Positions 7,674-16,816 of a DNA stretch of 62,733 bases are shown here, one piece after another. The notes below the pieces were generated by a model that was not told where the DNA came from, did no database searches, and saw only the letters and a list, made by a program, of their open reading frames with translations. Numbering within the stretch: the first letter of the stretch is position 1; each line of letters opens with the position of its first letter. The translations under genes were made by a program, and so were the position numbers. Source of the DNA: Candidatus Doudnabacteria bacterium. Its GTDB lineage: Bacteria; Patescibacteriota; Doudnabacteria; UBA920. Location: the NCBI GenBank assembly GCA_003151625.1, contig PLYC01000021.1, forward strand, positions 182,930 through 245,662, in the 5' to 3' direction.

Positions 7674-9599
7674 TTAAAGAGTTTTTTGTTTTATTTTTTC
7701 GTCAAAGCTTTCCAAGACGTCGCCGACTAAAATTTTAACCGGGGTTTTGATTTTCATTCCGAACTCCTCGCCCGCGTTTATGGATTTGGCCATAACTTTG
7801 CTTTGCTGGAGCTCGGCTATTTCCGCGCGGCCAAGATCTACCGCTTCCCGCCAAACGGTAATATGACTGTTTTTTTTAACTTCGCCTTCCTCAACCCGGC
7901 CGCCAATAATCATCTGCCCTTTTTCCGTCATAAAAATTGCCAGCACTTTGGCTTTGCCCAAAATAAACTTTTCCAGTTCAGGCGTAAACATTTTTATGAC
8001 CGCCGAGGTAATATCTTCCAAAAGTTCGTAAATTACATCGTAGCTGTCCACAATAACTTTTTTTTGTTTGGCTAAATTTATGGCTTTGGAATTTACTTTA
8101 GTTCGGAAACCAATAATAACCGCTTTGGAGCTTCCGGCCAGCAAGACATCGCTTTCATTGATTTCACCAACACCTTCGTGGAGTATGCTAATTTTAACTT
8201 CGTCGTTCTTAAGTTTGGCAATGGATTGCTTAATGGCTTCCAATGAGCCCGCGACATCGGTTTTTAAAATTAAGTTTAAAGTCTTATTTTCCAAGTCTCC
8301 TACTATGGCCTGTTTGCCGGAAAGTTTATGGCTATGGTTTTTGCGCTGGACTAAAACGGCAATGGTTTTTGCCTGGTCCAATGTTTCGGTGGTCTGTAAA
8401 ATATCCCCGGCTTGGGGAACTTCGCTAAGCCCCGATATTTGGGCGGCGGTGGAAGGAGTGGCTTCTTTAAGCTTTCGTCCGGTTTCATCTTCCAAACTGC
8501 GGATGCGCCCAAAAGCCGCACCCGCGGCAATAATATCGCCGACTTTAAGCGTGCCGTTTTGGACAATAACCGTGGCCGTGGCGCCTTTTCCTTGGCTCAC
8601 GCGGCTTTCTATAATAGTTCCGATGGTTTTGCCGTGAGGGTTGGCGCGCAGGTTCTCCACTTCCGCGGTCAATAAAATCATTTCCAGTAAGTTATCGATT
8701 CCAATGTTTTGTTTGGCGGAAATTTCGCAGGCAATAACTTTTCCTCCCCACTCTTCGGTTAAAACTCCCTGACCGGCTAATTCTTGTTTAACTTTTATAA
8801 TATTGGCCTCGGGTTTGTCCACTTTGTTTATAGCCACAATCATCGGAGTGTTGGTAAATTTGGCGCGGTTGATGACTTCCAAAGTCTGGGGCCTTACTCC
8901 ATCGTCCGCGGCAACTACAAGTACGATGATATCGGTAACATTGGCCCCGCGGGAACGCATTTCCGAAAAAGCTTCATGGCCAGGAGTGTCCAGAAAAGTT
9001 ATCCATTTGTCATTTTTCTTTACCTTATAAGCCCCAATATGCTGGGTAATGCCGCCGCTTTCGCCTTCGGCGACTTTGGTCTTCCGAATAGTATCCAAAA
9101 GGGTGGTTTTACCATGGTCTACGTGACCCATAATGGCAACAATGGGCGGACGGGATTTTAAGTTTTCTTCCTTTTCCGCTTTTAAAACTTCATGCAAAAA
9201 ACCCAGGCCGTATTCAGCTACGGTTTGGTCGGCTTCTGTTTCCACTTCGAATCCTAGTTCCTGCGCCACAATGCTGGCGGTGTCAAAATCCACTTCTTCG
9301 TTAATGGAAGCCATAACGCCGTTGTTTATTAAAACGGTAATAACTTTAGTCACAGGAAGTTTTAGTAAAAGGGCGAAATCGCGGACTTTGATAAACGAAG
9401 GCAACTTAACTTTTTTAACTTCCTGGGTTCCGGCCGCAACGGTTTTTACCGGAGTGCCAAAAGCTTCCAGCAATTTTCTGGCCACGTAATTGTCTACCTT
9501 GTTGGCTTTGGGCGAAATAAAATACCCTTTCTCCTTGGCTTTGAGACGGACGTCCTGGATTGACATATTCAGTTGGGAGGACAGGCTGGATAGATTCAT
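7674..9599 (-). CDS. infB: Translation initiation factor IF-2
   Basis: [47 protein letters not shown]. Confidence 0.97.
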   Translation of the reverse strand: MNLSSLSSQLNMSIQDVRLKAKEKGYFISPKANKVDNYVARKLLEAFGTPVKTVAAGTQEVKKVKLPSFIKVRDFALLLKLPVTKVITVLINNGVMASINEEVDFDTASIVAQELGFEVETEADQTVAEYGLGFLHEVLKAEKEENLKSRPPIVAIMGHVDHGKTTLLDTIRKTKVAEGESGGITQHIGAYKVKKNDKWITFLDTPGHEAFSEMRSRGANVTDIIVLVVAADDGVRPQTLEVINRAKFTNTPMIVAINKVDKPEANIIKVKQELAGQGVLTEEWGGKVIACEISAKQNIGIDNLLEMILLTAEVENLRANPHGKTIGTIIESRVSQGKGATATVIVQNGTLKVGDIIAAGAAFGRIRSLEDETGRKLKEATPSTAAQISGLSEVPQAGDILQTTETLDQAKTIAVLVQRKNHSHKLSGKQAIVGDLENKTLNLILKTDVAGSLEAIKQSIAKLKNDEVKISILHEGVGEINESDVLLAGSSKAVIIGFRTKVNSKAINLAKQKKVIVDSYDVIYELLEDITSAVIKMFTPELEKFILGKAKVLAIFMTEKGQMIIGGRVEEGEVKKNSHITVWREAVDLGRAEIAELQQSKVMAKSINAGEEFGMKIKTPVKILVGDVLESFDEKIKQKTL

Positions 9600-9744
9600 A
9601 TTCCGCTGAGTGGTCGTTGATGAGTACGCTGATTGGTCGCTGAGCTGACAATGACATCTTAGCGTCTTATCAGCGTTGGTGTTTAGTTCAGCGTCTCTTC
9701 AGCGGTTAATAACTTATTGATTATACTCGTAAATCTTAATAAAA

Positions 9745-10497
9745 TCAAGGACTTTGTATGGGATCCGAGCTCCAAATAATATCAAAGTTTTTGCGTTCGC
9801 TTTCGGAGATATCGGGACTTTCTACAATAACTGTGATTAATTCTTTTTTTGAGCTGTAATATACAACCTTATTGGCAAAAATCAGTTTGGATGTGTTGTA
9901 TAAAAAATCTTCCGGCAAATATTTTACTTCGCGCAGAAGTTCAGCGTGGTTGGCTTTTAAAAAAGATTCGGGCATTTGAGACTTGAAGTATAAAGCTTTA
10001 AAGTTTATATGCCTTTTTAAGCGCGTGGGAATGTAATAATTTAAATCCCATTCTTCGCTTATAACATTGTGGATTTCACTTATGGAACCGATGTGCCTAA
10101 TTGTGGTATTGGATTGCTGTAATGATCCCTCCGAGGCAATAAAGTAACCTTCCTTGCCTTCGTAATAAGTAATTTTGGGTTTTTGATCCGGTTTTTGCGC
10201 CAAGCTGTTTAATTGAGGCAAAATATTTTTTAAATCCACAAGTTCTTTTTCTGTTTTTGAAACTAAAATATGCGGCGGCGTGGCCACAAATTTAAGCCCG
10301 CTTTTCATTTTAAAACTGCCCATCAGCCCTTTTCTCTCCAAAGCCTGAAAAATAACATAAGCCGAAGTCCTTTTTATTTGTGCTTCTCTTGCTAACTCCG
10401 ACATCCCCGCTTCTCCTAACTTTAAACTCGCTAAATACAAAGCTATCTCGCCATCGTCCAATCCGTTCTCTTTTAGTATTTGCTTGATGTTATCCAT
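9745..10497 (-). CDS. TrmB-family HTH transcriptional regulator
   Basis: GL...E..LYLA.LKLG...ELA...IKRTSAY N-terminal wHTH; PKITYYEGKEG effector-domain start. Confidence 0.8.
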   Translation of the reverse strand: MDNIKQILKENGLDDGEIALYLASLKLGEAGMSELAREAQIKRTSAYVIFQALERKGLMGSFKMKSGLKFVATPPHILVSKTEKELVDLKNILPQLNSLAQKPDQKPKITYYEGKEGYFIASEGSLQQSNTTIRHIGSISEIHNVISEEWDLNYYIPTRLKRHINFKALYFKSQMPESFLKANHAELLREVKYLPEDFLYNTSKLIFANKVVYYSSKKELITVIVESPDISESERKNFDIIWSSDPIQSP

Positions 10498-10509
10498 AAT
10501 TGCATATGT

Positions 10510-10562
10510 CCAATGGTGCCCATTGGTGTGAGAATATTCTTCTGACCAATGGGCACCATTGG
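10510..10562. repeat. Palindromic element family A, inverted-arm variant
   Basis: CCAATGGTGCCCATTGG-19 nt-CCAATGGGCACCATTGG. Confidence 0.7.
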
Positions 10563-10854
10563 CTCTAAATCTATAATTGACGCTTTTTACGTCAACAGTA
10601 TATCAAACCCAATAAAAATAAGCAAATAAAGGTAAAATTCACTATAAATTATGCCATAATTATTGACAGCATGTCAATTTTAATTTATAGTTGCTAGTTA
10701 CAAGCTATGTAACATGTTTTTATGAAAGAGGTGCTTTTTGCAGCGAAGGTTACAGCTCAAGGCCTTAAGTTTGAGTGATGCCGGATCGACCGGCTGGAGT
10801 TATCCGCAAAAAGAATTCCTTATTAGGAATAACCGTTTTAAGGGGGACGCATAT

Positions 10855-11223
10855 ATGCGGACGAGAATGTTAGCAGTTTTGCTGCCGCTGTTTTTACTAG
10901 GATGCGCCAAACAGCCGCTGGCTGAGCAACCGGCTGTGAGCCAAGAAACTGGAAAAGGCGATCAGTTTGTGGTTCAGCACTGGGCTTGGGTCGACATCAA
11001 GAACGATGCAATCAAGAACGGATCTTATGGCTGGGGTGAGTCATGCGTCATACAGACCGGCGGAACAATCACTGTGGTGAGCGTCGAGCATGGCCAACTT
11101 CACTTACAGTACTCCACAGTTGGGACCCACGCTGACAATAGCGTCGCTTGCCCCGACGGTGTAGTTTTCATCGTTCAGAAGGGAAAACTTAAAAGCGAGG
11201 CACTCAAGCGCAAGTCAAGGTAA
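10855..11223 (+). CDS. Hypothetical lipoprotein
   Basis: Start moved to the ATG after AAGGGGG; MRTRMLAVLLPLFLLG-C lipobox. Confidence 0.65.
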   Translation: MRTRMLAVLLPLFLLGCAKQPLAEQPAVSQETGKGDQFVVQHWAWVDIKNDAIKNGSYGWGESCVIQTGGTITVVSVEHGQLHLQYSTVGTHADNSVACPDGVVFIVQKGKLKSEALKRKSR

Positions 11224-11280
11224 AGTCATATGCGCCCGAGATGGCTGGACATCCCGGGCGCATAAATTAAATTATTTTTT

Positions 11281-13287
11281 ATGAACAAACGTTACAAATT
11301 ATATTTAGCTTCCGGCATCCGGCTTTGGAATTTATATTTTAAAGACCAATATTCGGCCAGCTTTAATAAAAAGCTGGATTTGTTCCAGCCTGCTTTAATA
11401 GATAACCAATACGCGCGCGAGCATAGGTTAATTCCCATTAAGATTGCCACTAAAGATTTAGGGGAAATTAATACATGCGACGCGGTTTTGGCTTACATGA
11501 AAAATTATGATACCCAGAATAACGGTCCGGCCGGCACGGACAGCTCTTGGGAATGCGGCTACGCCATTGGCCTCGAAAAGCCGACCATAATGTTGGTGGA
11601 AGACTTGGCGCATTTGGATTATTACACATCCCAATGGATGATTACTTTTAGCATTGGCGCCATACTAACCACGAGCAAAGAGGTGGCGGAAAAGGCAAAA
11701 AATAGCGACAAGTTTACCCATACACGGATTTTGTATTGTGAAAACAAAGACCAATTTGAAAATAAAATTATTGAATATTTGGATAGTTATTATAAGTCCA
11801 TATATGCCAGAGAAGGAATTGTAAATTTTTTTGTTGACAGTGAAATGAGAGCCTACGTGGATAGAAAAAAATTATTGAAGAGTTTAGGAACAGACGAGCC
11901 TGAATTTGGCATTTATGGAAGTTTTACAAAAAATTACGGCCGGTATTTTGATCAAGCTTTTCAAAAATCGAGAAAATTTTTGAACCGGAAAGATTATAGA
12001 ATCATTTGTCGTATGGAAACAGAAAGAGCGACAGCGGTGGCAAATATTATTTCCAATAATTACGATTTATTGCCGGGGTTCTTAGATTATTGCATTCGTC
12101 AAGCTGTTAGCAATTTTGAAGGCGGGGTTAAATTAGTTGATATTGCGGAGATGATTGAATATTGGCTGAGTATCCCGGCCAAAAAAATTAAGGGTCGCAA
12201 GCAAGGCAATAAAAAAACCCGACCAACCATATTTTATGAACTTTATGATTTAGTTAGTCACCACCTTGTGCAATCGCAAAAGTACTTTCCGGAAGATTTT
12301 GTTTATAAAATCGGGGGCATTATTGAAATTTATAACTGGTTAAATACTTACGCGATTGATGACGTTTTTGACAACTCCCAAACGCGCCAAGGCAATAAAA
12401 CTTTACATGCTCAATATAACAGCAGGAAAAACGCTTTATTATTAGGCTCCATTGGCCATTGTCTGGCTTTAAAGTTATTGTATTTAGAAACAAAACAAAA
12501 TATGGATATTGGCAAAGAGCTTGTTAAATCGTTAAACCAAGTCCAACGGCAAATGTACCAGGGACAGCTGGTAGATTTGGCTTTGACTATGGAGAACAAG
12601 GCTCAATTGAAAAGTTTTATCAAACAAAATAGTTTTATTTCCGCTTTGGGTTTATATTTTAAAAGGATTAATGGGATTTGCGGGGCGTTTTATGAAGGAA
12701 TTGGAAAAATGGCCATGCAGTCCACAAATGTCGGCACCCAATTTTACCATAAGGATGAGGTTGAAAGCTCTTGCGTTTACATTGCTAAGCTGTTTGGCTT
12801 AGTGCAAATGATTCGCAATGATTTAGGGGATTATATTTTTCCAGACATGCATTCAAAAATGAGCAAAGGGATGAAGCTGAGTTCGCATAACGATATTATG
12901 GAAGGTAAGCTGACTTTGCCGTTAATTTATATTTTATTTAATCCAAAAGTCTCTAAGTTAGATAAAAGACGACTTTCGTTTTTTATTGGAAGAAAAAATT
13001 TGTCCAAAATCGAAAAAATGGAAATTAGCAGAATCATTTGGGAAAACGGTGCCATTGAATTTTGCATGCAGTTTGTGGAAAATTTTTCCAAGCAGGTAAC
13101 CGAGCAGTATGTAAAATATATCCATGAAACTCCGACCAGGCTGAAATGGATAATTCGGCTTATGGATATTACTCCGTTAATAAATAAAACTTTTCGGCAG
13201 TTAGCGGAAGAAAAAAAATGGAAAAAATTAGAGCCAATGTCTTTGGAGGCCATAAACGCGGCAAAGCTTGCCGATTTTCAATTATAA
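11281..13287 (+). CDS. Fusion of a nucleoside 2-deoxyribosyltransferase/N-glycosidase-like domain and a trans-isoprenyl diphosphate synthase-fold domain
   Basis: N-terminal KLYLAS...DLGEINTCDAVLA...GTDSSWECGYAIGLEKP; C-terminal KKTRP, IDDVFDNSQTRQG, YQGQLVDL, QMIRNDLGDY, DIMEGKLTLPLI. Confidence 0.7.
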   Translation: MNKRYKLYLASGIRLWNLYFKDQYSASFNKKLDLFQPALIDNQYAREHRLIPIKIATKDLGEINTCDAVLAYMKNYDTQNNGPAGTDSSWECGYAIGLEKPTIMLVEDLAHLDYYTSQWMITFSIGAILTTSKEVAEKAKNSDKFTHTRILYCENKDQFENKIIEYLDSYYKSIYAREGIVNFFVDSEMRAYVDRKKLLKSLGTDEPEFGIYGSFTKNYGRYFDQAFQKSRKFLNRKDYRIICRMETERATAVANIISNNYDLLPGFLDYCIRQAVSNFEGGVKLVDIAEMIEYWLSIPAKKIKGRKQGNKKTRPTIFYELYDLVSHHLVQSQKYFPEDFVYKIGGIIEIYNWLNTYAIDDVFDNSQTRQGNKTLHAQYNSRKNALLLGSIGHCLALKLLYLETKQNMDIGKELVKSLNQVQRQMYQGQLVDLALTMENKAQLKSFIKQNSFISALGLYFKRINGICGAFYEGIGKMAMQSTNVGTQFYHKDEVESSCVYIAKLFGLVQMIRNDLGDYIFPDMHSKMSKGMKLSSHNDIMEGKLTLPLIYILFNPKVSKLDKRRLSFFIGRKNLSKIEKMEISRIIWENGAIEFCMQFVENFSKQVTEQYVKYIHETPTRLKWIIRLMDITPLINKTFRQLAEEKKWKKLEPMSLEAINAAKLADFQL

Positions 13288-13331
13288 AACCGACAACTTT
13301 TTACGATTGCCGGTTTTGTTTTGGGATAAAA

Positions 13332-13655
13332 TTATTTATTGCGGGCTAAGGTGGCAAATTGTAGAAAATATTTATTTAAACCTTCCGGGTTTTGGGGTTC
13401 ATTGGACAACTCCAAACAGGCGTTTTCCCGCAGACGGCAAAGTTCTTTTAAGCGGTGATTCTGCCAGCGCGGATCGGCGATGGTAGAATCCAAAAGTTCC
13501 AGCATGCGGTCATAGGCTTTTTGGAAATAGACAGGTTGGGCTTTTTGTTTCCAGTTTAAAGCCCGTCCGTATTCACTGCCCACATTTCCGAGCTGCTCGG
13601 CAAGGGAAAGTTTTTGCCACGAGCCATTATTCAGATTTTGATGCAAAGAGGTCAT
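13332..13655 (-). CDS. Hypothetical helical protein coupled to DUF5674
   Basis: Long ORF with a 4-nt overlap to the upstream gene; W..LSL.EQLGNVGSE..RA pattern. Confidence 0.65.
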   Translation of the reverse strand: MTSLHQNLNNGSWQKLSLAEQLGNVGSEYGRALNWKQKAQPVYFQKAYDRMLELLDSTIADPRWQNHRLKELCRLRENACLELSNEPQNPEGLNKYFLQFATLARNK

Positions 13656-13999
13656 AAAATAAGTTTGGAGACAATTTCTAAAATTTGTTTTTGAATTTCC
13701 GCGCTCTCCACCGAACGGGAGCGGTTATTTTGTCTTGGCCGGATGTTTATCATGGAATCAAATTCCAGCATGTCCGGCAGTTGCATATCGGGATAGAGGT
13801 TAATGCCCCAAAGATTTTCCTGTTTTGAGTCTTGTGCGAGCAAAAAAGCTTCTTCATCTGCATGTAAATCCCCGCCAGCAGCCAATATCTGTTTTTCCAA
13901 GTCCACAACAGCCTTAACCATATCGCCAAAGCGTTTTGAGGCAATATCTTTTAACTCTTTTTTGCTGATTGGTTTTGCTATTAAAATAATTTCTTCCAT
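13652..13999 (-). CDS. DUF5674-like protein
   Basis: MVKAVVD....AAGGDLHAD.E..LL...LWGINLYP...EFDSMINIRP.QNNRSR. Confidence 0.7.
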   Translation of the reverse strand: MEEIILIAKPISKKELKDIASKRFGDMVKAVVDLEKQILAAGGDLHADEEAFLLAQDSKQENLWGINLYPDMQLPDMLEFDSMINIRPRQNNRSRSVESAEIQKQILEIVSKLIL

Positions 14000-14014
14000 A
14001 CAGGTATTATACCA

Positions 14015-14857
14015 TTAAAATGTCCTGTTTTTGCCCACAATCATTCTTAATCTTTTTGGAATTATTTCTACGGTGCTGGGAAATTTTGCTACCACGCGGC
14101 CGAGCATGGTGAGGTTGGTACCGCGGGGCTCCAGGAATTCGATTTTTTTGCATTTTATAACTGTAGTATTGGGAACTTTTTCCAGCGTGCCTTCGGAAAT
14201 GGCATCGCGATATTTTAAAATTTGCAGTTTGCTTAGGCGTTCTAAAATAAGCAAATCCAGGTTGCCGTCCGTGGGGTCGGCGATTTTCTCGCCTTGGCCG
14301 GAAGTGGAACGAATGTTGGCCACCAGGCCGCCCAGGCCGTTAATGGTCACGTTGTAAGAATCGTCTACTCGAATAGTAAAACTTTTTGCTTCGGAAGACA
14401 GCAGTTTTAAGTTTTGCCAGAGTGAGGCGTTTTTAATGTTGTGGGACATAACGCCAAATTCCAAAAAGCTGATAAAATAATTGCCGGAAATTTTGGCAAG
14501 ATCAATTTTTTCTATTCTCCTGGCGGCTATGGTTTTTACCCCCAGGAAAATATTTTCAATACCCAAAATTTTTGCTAAGTTGGAATTTTCGTTAAAAGGG
14601 ATGAAGCCCAAAGTGAAATCCCTTCCTTTAAGCGCCGCCAGCATTAAGTTAAAGGTGTCGTCCGTACCGCAGGCGACCAAAGTTTTGGCGCCGCGCTGGC
14701 TGGCTGTGTCCACCAAATCTTGGATACTGCGCAAAGGCGTGACGCGTGCGGTTTCCCCGGAAATTTTAAACTCTGCCAAAAGCCCCTGCAGTTCTGTCTG
14801 CAGTTTTTCGAATTTTTCCATTGGCAAATTATGCTGGTCTACAATGTAGTAATACAA
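14015..14857 (-). CDS. Diacylglycerol-kinase-like protein (degenerate GGDG motif)
   Basis: LVACGTDDT in place of GGDGT, LGFIP...NLAKILGI, IDLAKI, DG.LDL. Confidence 0.65.
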   Translation of the reverse strand: MYYYIVDQHNLPMEKFEKLQTELQGLLAEFKISGETARVTPLRSIQDLVDTASQRGAKTLVACGTDDTFNLMLAALKGRDFTLGFIPFNENSNLAKILGIENIFLGVKTIAARRIEKIDLAKISGNYFISFLEFGVMSHNIKNASLWQNLKLLSSEAKSFTIRVDDSYNVTINGLGGLVANIRSTSGQGEKIADPTDGNLDLLILERLSKLQILKYRDAISEGTLEKVPNTTVIKCKKIEFLEPRGTNLTMLGRVVAKFPSTVEIIPKRLRMIVGKNRTF

Positions 14858-14954
14858 GGCGGTGTAATTAATAATTTATAATTAATAACCCATAACTGTA
14901 ACAGACAACTGAGTAGTTATCAGTTATCAATTATCAATTATGAGTTAGTTCAAG

Positions 14955-15368
14955 CTACTCTTCCGGTTCCAGTTCCGAACCACTTTTTTCCGATGCGATT
15001 TTTTTGCCGTTGCCAATCACGTTCCCGCCCATAGCGCATTTGCCGGAAAATTGCGCGCCGTCTTCCACCCTAAGAACAGTGCAGGCAATATCGCCTAAAA
15101 TTTTAGCCGTGCTTTGTAAAATTAAGTGTCCGGAAATTTTCAGGTTGCCGGAAATTTCCCCGCCAATAACGGCATTTCCCGCTAAAATATCGGCAGTTAT
15201 TTTTGCGCCGGGAATTACAAATACGCTTTGGCTGGTTTTAACTTTTCCGCTGACCTGGCCTTCTATTTTTATGTTGCCCTCACTGTTTAAATCGCCCTGA
15301 ATTTTAACGCTGGGGCCGACTACTGTTTCCGCCGGGCCATTAAGATTCTCATCTAATATTTTGTCCAT
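14955..15368 (-). CDS. Bactofilin (polymer-forming cytoskeletal protein)
   Basis: TVVGPSVKIQGDL.SEG.IKIEG.V.G...A.I.G.I.GNL...L...A...GDI...L.VEDGA.F.G.C.M. Confidence 0.9.
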   Translation of the reverse strand: MDKILDENLNGPAETVVGPSVKIQGDLNSEGNIKIEGQVSGKVKTSQSVFVIPGAKITADILAGNAVIGGEISGNLKISGHLILQSTAKILGDIACTVLRVEDGAQFSGKCAMGGNVIGNGKKIASEKSGSELEPEE

Positions 15369-15599
15369 AAATACTGCCTTTCTGATGGTTTCTCACCATG
15401 GTTAATTGATGACTTCTCGTACTTTTGTATGTATTTTTATTGAGCTGTGTAGAGCGAGTGAAAGTTATCCGCCTAAGGCGGATAACTTTCCGAGCCGAGG
15501 AGCTAATAAATTCGAAGCACGAAATACGAAATTCGAAACAAATTCTAATATCTAAATTTTAATTTATAACACCAAAAGCCCTGATTTATAATTTTTAAT

Positions 15600-16088
15600 T
15601 TAAAGTTTGGGTATTGTTTCGTATTTCGAATTTGCTTTGGCAACCGCCTGCTGTTCTTCCTCCGTGAGCTTGATTTCGCATTTTCCATTTTTAATTTTTT
15701 TGGTGTATATCCGGTTCTGTTCCCGACCGTACATTGAAGTAATTAGTACGCCTGTATTATGCTCGTCCAGTAAAGCTATGGAAAAACTAAAATTGCCGCC
15801 GCCGTCGTTAAACGGATTAAAACGCACCAGCCCCACCTTTTGTATGGCAAACGCCACTTGAGTTTTTAATTCGGTTAAGGATTGTCCCAAAATTGCTTCC
15901 TGTTCGCGGCTGTCCCGCAGTTCTTGTTTAAGGGAGTATATGACGCTTTCTAAACTTAAGGCTTTTTCGCCGGCAAAAAAAGTTTTTTTGAGTTTATTCA
16001 TGGCAGCAATTTGCCACAGGCAATATAGTCCCAATATAAAAGCCAGACCGGCTAAAATTAAAGTGATTGTTGATAATTGAAAGTTCAT
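15600..16088 (-). CDS. DUF4446-like membrane-anchored protein
   Basis: N-terminal TM, coiled coil, QKVGLVRFNPFNDGGGNFSFSIALLD...G...TS.YGR....Y.K.I..G. Confidence 0.8.
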   Translation of the reverse strand: MNFQLSTITLILAGLAFILGLYCLWQIAAMNKLKKTFFAGEKALSLESVIYSLKQELRDSREQEAILGQSLTELKTQVAFAIQKVGLVRFNPFNDGGGNFSFSIALLDEHNTGVLITSMYGREQNRIYTKKIKNGKCEIKLTEEEQQAVAKANSKYETIPKL

Positions 16089-16368
16089 AATTTGTGCACC
16101 TTAATTTATCTTGTGACCCTAAAGAATTCTGGCTTAATCCAAAGGCTTCTGCGATTAACGGTTTGCAAATAGTTTGGTTAAAATAATGTCACCCGAAACC
16201 ATTGTAGCATTAGTTACCGCTTGCATTCAAATGGGGCTAACTGGTATAATTTGGTAGATGTATTGATATTTCTCAATTTCAATCTATTTCCTAATTTCCT
16301 GATGAAAGTATAGAAATAGGAAAATTAAGAAATTGATGATAACTATAACAAATTTTAAACAATCAATT

Positions 16369-16578
16369 ATGTCCAAGAAGCACAAAAGAAGCGATTATCA
16401 ATTACAGCAGCAGCCAGGCAGTATGTCTCATGCGGCCGAATACCATATTATTAAATATGATTTAATAAAGGTTGTAGTTTTGAACCTAGTCTATTTAGCC
16501 GTTATTTTGTCTTTGTATTACGGCAACCAGCAATCGCATTTTTTGGATAATTGGTTTGCAAGACTGTTACATTTCTAA
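16369..16578 (+). CDS. Small hypothetical membrane protein
   Basis: ATG at 16369, one hydrophobic helix (IKVVVLNLVYLAVILSLYY). Confidence 0.55.
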   Translation: MSKKHKRSDYQLQQQPGSMSHAAEYHIIKYDLIKVVVLNLVYLAVILSLYYGNQQSHFLDNWFARLLHF

Positions 16579-16757
16579 CTCAGTAAAAAGTTATAGTTTG
16601 TTGAAATAGGTAGGGGGTATTAGATAAGGACATAGGGCTACTTAAAACCTAATACTTTTTTACCACACTACTCTCTATAACCTATAACTAAAAACCTTAA
16701 CCCCGCCTCTCGTGAGAGGCGGGGTTGTCATATGTGATATAAAGTGGATAATTTAGG

Positions 16758-16786
16758 TTGACTATTGCCTTAATTTATGATAAAAT
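16758..16786 (+). promoter_or_regulatory. Sigma70-type promoter of murA-mgtA
   Basis: TTGACT-17 nt-TAAAAT with an extended TG. Confidence 0.6.
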
Positions 16787-16816
16787 AGGAATACTTATAT
16801 CATATACGACAATATT

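Noticed and set aside
8068-9489. Long antisense ORFs opposite infB (also those opposite ftsK 42557-43270, DUF262 55892-56725, radical SAM 24856-25923)
   Set aside because: Shadow frames of well-supported genes, with no motifs or ribosome-binding sites.
10727-10800. AGAGGTGC resembling the 5' end of a lysine riboswitch
   Set aside because: The downstream conserved elements and P1 closure are not evident, and the adjacent gene is unrelated to lysine.
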